Under the pieces are notes generated by a model. It saw only the letters and a program-made list of their open reading frames with translations, ran no database searches and had not been told where the DNA came from. The position numbers were made by a program, and so were the translations under genes. Positions 62,346 to 64,000 of a DNA stretch of 64,000 nucleotides are shown piece by piece (position 1 is the first letter of the stretch; each line of letters opens with the position of its first letter). The DNA is taken from IMG/VR virus record IMGVR_UViG_3300028920_000041, positions 1 through 64,000 of that record; one strand, written 5' to 3'. The stretch comes from a virus.

Positions 62346-63355
62346 TAGAGCTTCCAGCAATACGATCTATAGATGGTGTTCCTGTTTCTGCAAAGAGGAT
62401 TCTTAAACCGGGTCAAGTATCTTTTAAGAGACATGACAACAATACAGAGCAGATGAATGTTAATGGAGAGTCTTCTGGTACGGCTCTTGTTGTTTGGAAT
62501 GGAACCGGAGTAGGCGATACGGGAGGAGATTGGTCTGTATCAGGAGTAGGTTCTGAAACTTCAGGATCTATGTATTCAGGTACAAATGGATGGGATACCG
62601 GAGTCACGTCTTCTGGCAACAATACAACGCTTGACAATGGGTCTATGATTGATGTTGATGGCACCTATGATGAATTGAAGTTTTGGTTACAGCCGAAAGC
62701 GTATCCTGCAGGATCTAGGTTAAGAGTTGTGTGGTTGGATTCTAGCAATACAGCTATCGGACGCAGTATTCTAGTATCTAATTACACTGAAGACATGGAT
62801 CTAGACACTTGGCAACAGATAGCTATACCTATCAGTGATTTCAACTTGACGGGAAATGTTCAGAAGCTTCGTTTTATGTACATGAATGCCAGTGGACAGC
62901 AGTACTATCTAGATGACATAGATCTAGTCCATTCAGGTGGTGGAGGCCCTTATAGATTTCAAGTTGAGGCACCGGACGCTAACACTAGATACCATCTTTC
63001 TATGCTCGTGTTGATGATAGCAGGGCCGGGGTCTTCGTGGAGTCCGTCCACATTTGCAAACATATCTGCGCTTTCAAAAGGGCTATTGTTAAGGCAAAGA
63101 AGAAAGTCAGATGGTGAGATCTTGTGGAAGAGAAACAGTAAAGACAACCTAGCTCTGTTTGGTAGGTACCATCCTCAAGATGATATCACTTACTCAGATG
63201 GTACACTTCAGTTAGGTTTTATGATGAAACCAGGTAGGGCAGATGTTCTTATTACATATGATGAGATACTAGAGTTTGTTGTCAGAGATGATCTAAGTAG
63301 CATAACAGAGGCAAGAGCTTATGCAGAATTTGGTATAGAAGAGGCTTCATCATGA
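62336..63355 (+). CDS. putative virion protein, paralogue 3, with a carbohydrate-binding-module-like insert
   Basis: YDELKFWL...DTWQQIAIPISDF...KLRF...YYLDDIDL (galactose-binding-like CBM pattern); TFANISALSKGLLL. Confidence 0.6.
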   Translation: MRVVELPAIRSIDGVPVSAKRILKPGQVSFKRHDNNTEQMNVNGESSGTALVVWNGTGVGDTGGDWSVSGVGSETSGSMYSGTNGWDTGVTSSGNNTTLDNGSMIDVDGTYDELKFWLQPKAYPAGSRLRVVWLDSSNTAIGRSILVSNYTEDMDLDTWQQIAIPISDFNLTGNVQKLRFMYMNASGQQYYLDDIDLVHSGGGGPYRFQVEAPDANTRYHLSMLVLMIAGPGSSWSPSTFANISALSKGLLLRQRRKSDGEILWKRNSKDNLALFGRYHPQDDITYSDGTLQLGFMMKPGRADVLITYDEILEFVVRDDLSSITEARAYAEFGIEEASS

Positions 63356-64000
63356 GTGTTAATCTGAAGAGACCCTTAGAGACATCAGACCGTAAGCAGT
63401 ACATTAGATCTTCAGCGTACACTCTTGGTACACGTCTTTACATAGCCGGGTGTGGAGATCACAGAACCAATGGTACAGGTAAGGGGTCTCGGTTTGAAAA
63501 GGAACACAGTTCGTCAGGACTTTCTTCTTGGTATCCTTTTCAATTTAACGATTGGGTGGAATTAGGTGGCGGTGGGATGTGGTATAAGAATGCTGTTTAC
63601 GGTGACTATGTCACATTCAGAATGTACGCACCAGCTACAGAGATAGTTGAAAACGCGGGTAACGGAAACTGTAATGTGCACGCTTCTGGGATCTTAATCC
63701 CTGCTAGTGATGATGGCTCACATGATGTGGACTTGACAACAGCGGACAAAGCGATTCCTTTGATTACATCCGGTGGATTCTGGGACTGGAGCTATCCGGA
63801 TACAGGCCTAGGATCTTGTACTCCAGCACCTTCAGGGACTGGTAACTGCAATTTGGTGCCTGCCGAGGTTGCTATACACACCTACGTTGCCGATGTTGGG
63901 ATCTTAGGTGATGGTTACTTGAATGTCACTTTCCCTGGAGTAGACCCAACACGGTTTTTACCGCATTGGAAGATGGCTTGTAGGATCTATAATACAGATG
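63352..64000 (+). CDS. putative virion protein, truncated by the window end (absent from the ORF track)
   Basis: ATG 63352 overlaps the previous stop; frame open to 64000 (MSVNLKRPLETSDRKQYIRSS...). Confidence 0.7.
   Translation, partial: MSVNLKRPLETSDRKQYIRSSAYTLGTRLYIAGCGDHRTNGTGKGSRFEKEHSSSGLSSWYPFQFNDWVELGGGGMWYKNAVYGDYVTFRMYAPATEIVENAGNGNCNVHASGILIPASDDGSHDVDLTTADKAIPLITSGGFWDWSYPDTGLGSCTPAPSGTGNCNLVPAEVAIHTYVADVGILGDGYLNVTFPGVDPTRFLPHWKMACRIYNTD

Noticed and set aside
1-64000. Stop-codon reassignment (alternative genetic code)
   Set aside because: Conserved enzymes are full length under code 11, and TAA, TAG and TGA all end genes at operon junctions.
1-64000. Diversity-generating retroelement, retron, integrase or IS element
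   Set aside because: No reverse-transcriptase (YxDD), recombinase or transposase motifs seen, and no template/variable repeat pair differing at adenines. The 38-bp duplicate at 42549/43110 has one G/A difference and lies at gene starts.

Overview
This window is a densely coding, almost entirely plus-strand segment of a large, probably jumbo, tailed dsDNA phage genome using the standard genetic code. No integrase, portal, major capsid protein or tail sheath is recognisable in it. Layout: (1) 1-12.5 kb is a replication/recombination block: sigma-70-like factor, GroES, family-A DNA polymerase with an N-terminal family-4 uracil-DNA glycosylase domain, gp32-like SSB, RecA, stand-alone TSCPD domain, flap/5'-3' exonuclease, a single-chain Mre11-Rad50 (SbcD-SbcC) fusion and an adenine methyltransferase. 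(2) 12.9-18.9 kb is a visibly GC-richer island behind a palindrome-dense control region, encoding a DUF6744-like protein, a MoxR/RavA AAA+ ATPase, a ViaA-like VWA protein, an acidic protein and an unannotated ribbon-helix-helix gene. (3) 18.9-30.3 kb holds an ATP-dependent ligase, a RuvC-like resolvase, a large terminase split by an HNH-bearing intein, HU and an amidase endolysin. (4) 30.3-39.5 kb has about 30 small hypothetical genes, many Cys-rich, plus tRNA-Leu(TAA). One small gene resembles a myxobacterial family as I recall it, which hints at the host. (5) A G-poor repeat tract lies at 39.5-40.0 kb. (6) 40.1-54.6 kb is a cluster of otherwise unrelated proteins sharing two short Glu-terminated helical leader motifs and carrying enzyme-like payloads (ADP-ribosyltransferase fold, zincin HExxH, T-x-W-C family), with a sulfotransferase and a J-domain gene interspersed. 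I infer a capsid-targeted, protease-matured cargo system, and this is the best candidate for an undescribed system. (7) 54.6-64 kb encodes beta-rich virion/appendage proteins with shared modules. All functional calls come from motif recognition by eye; no database search was run.
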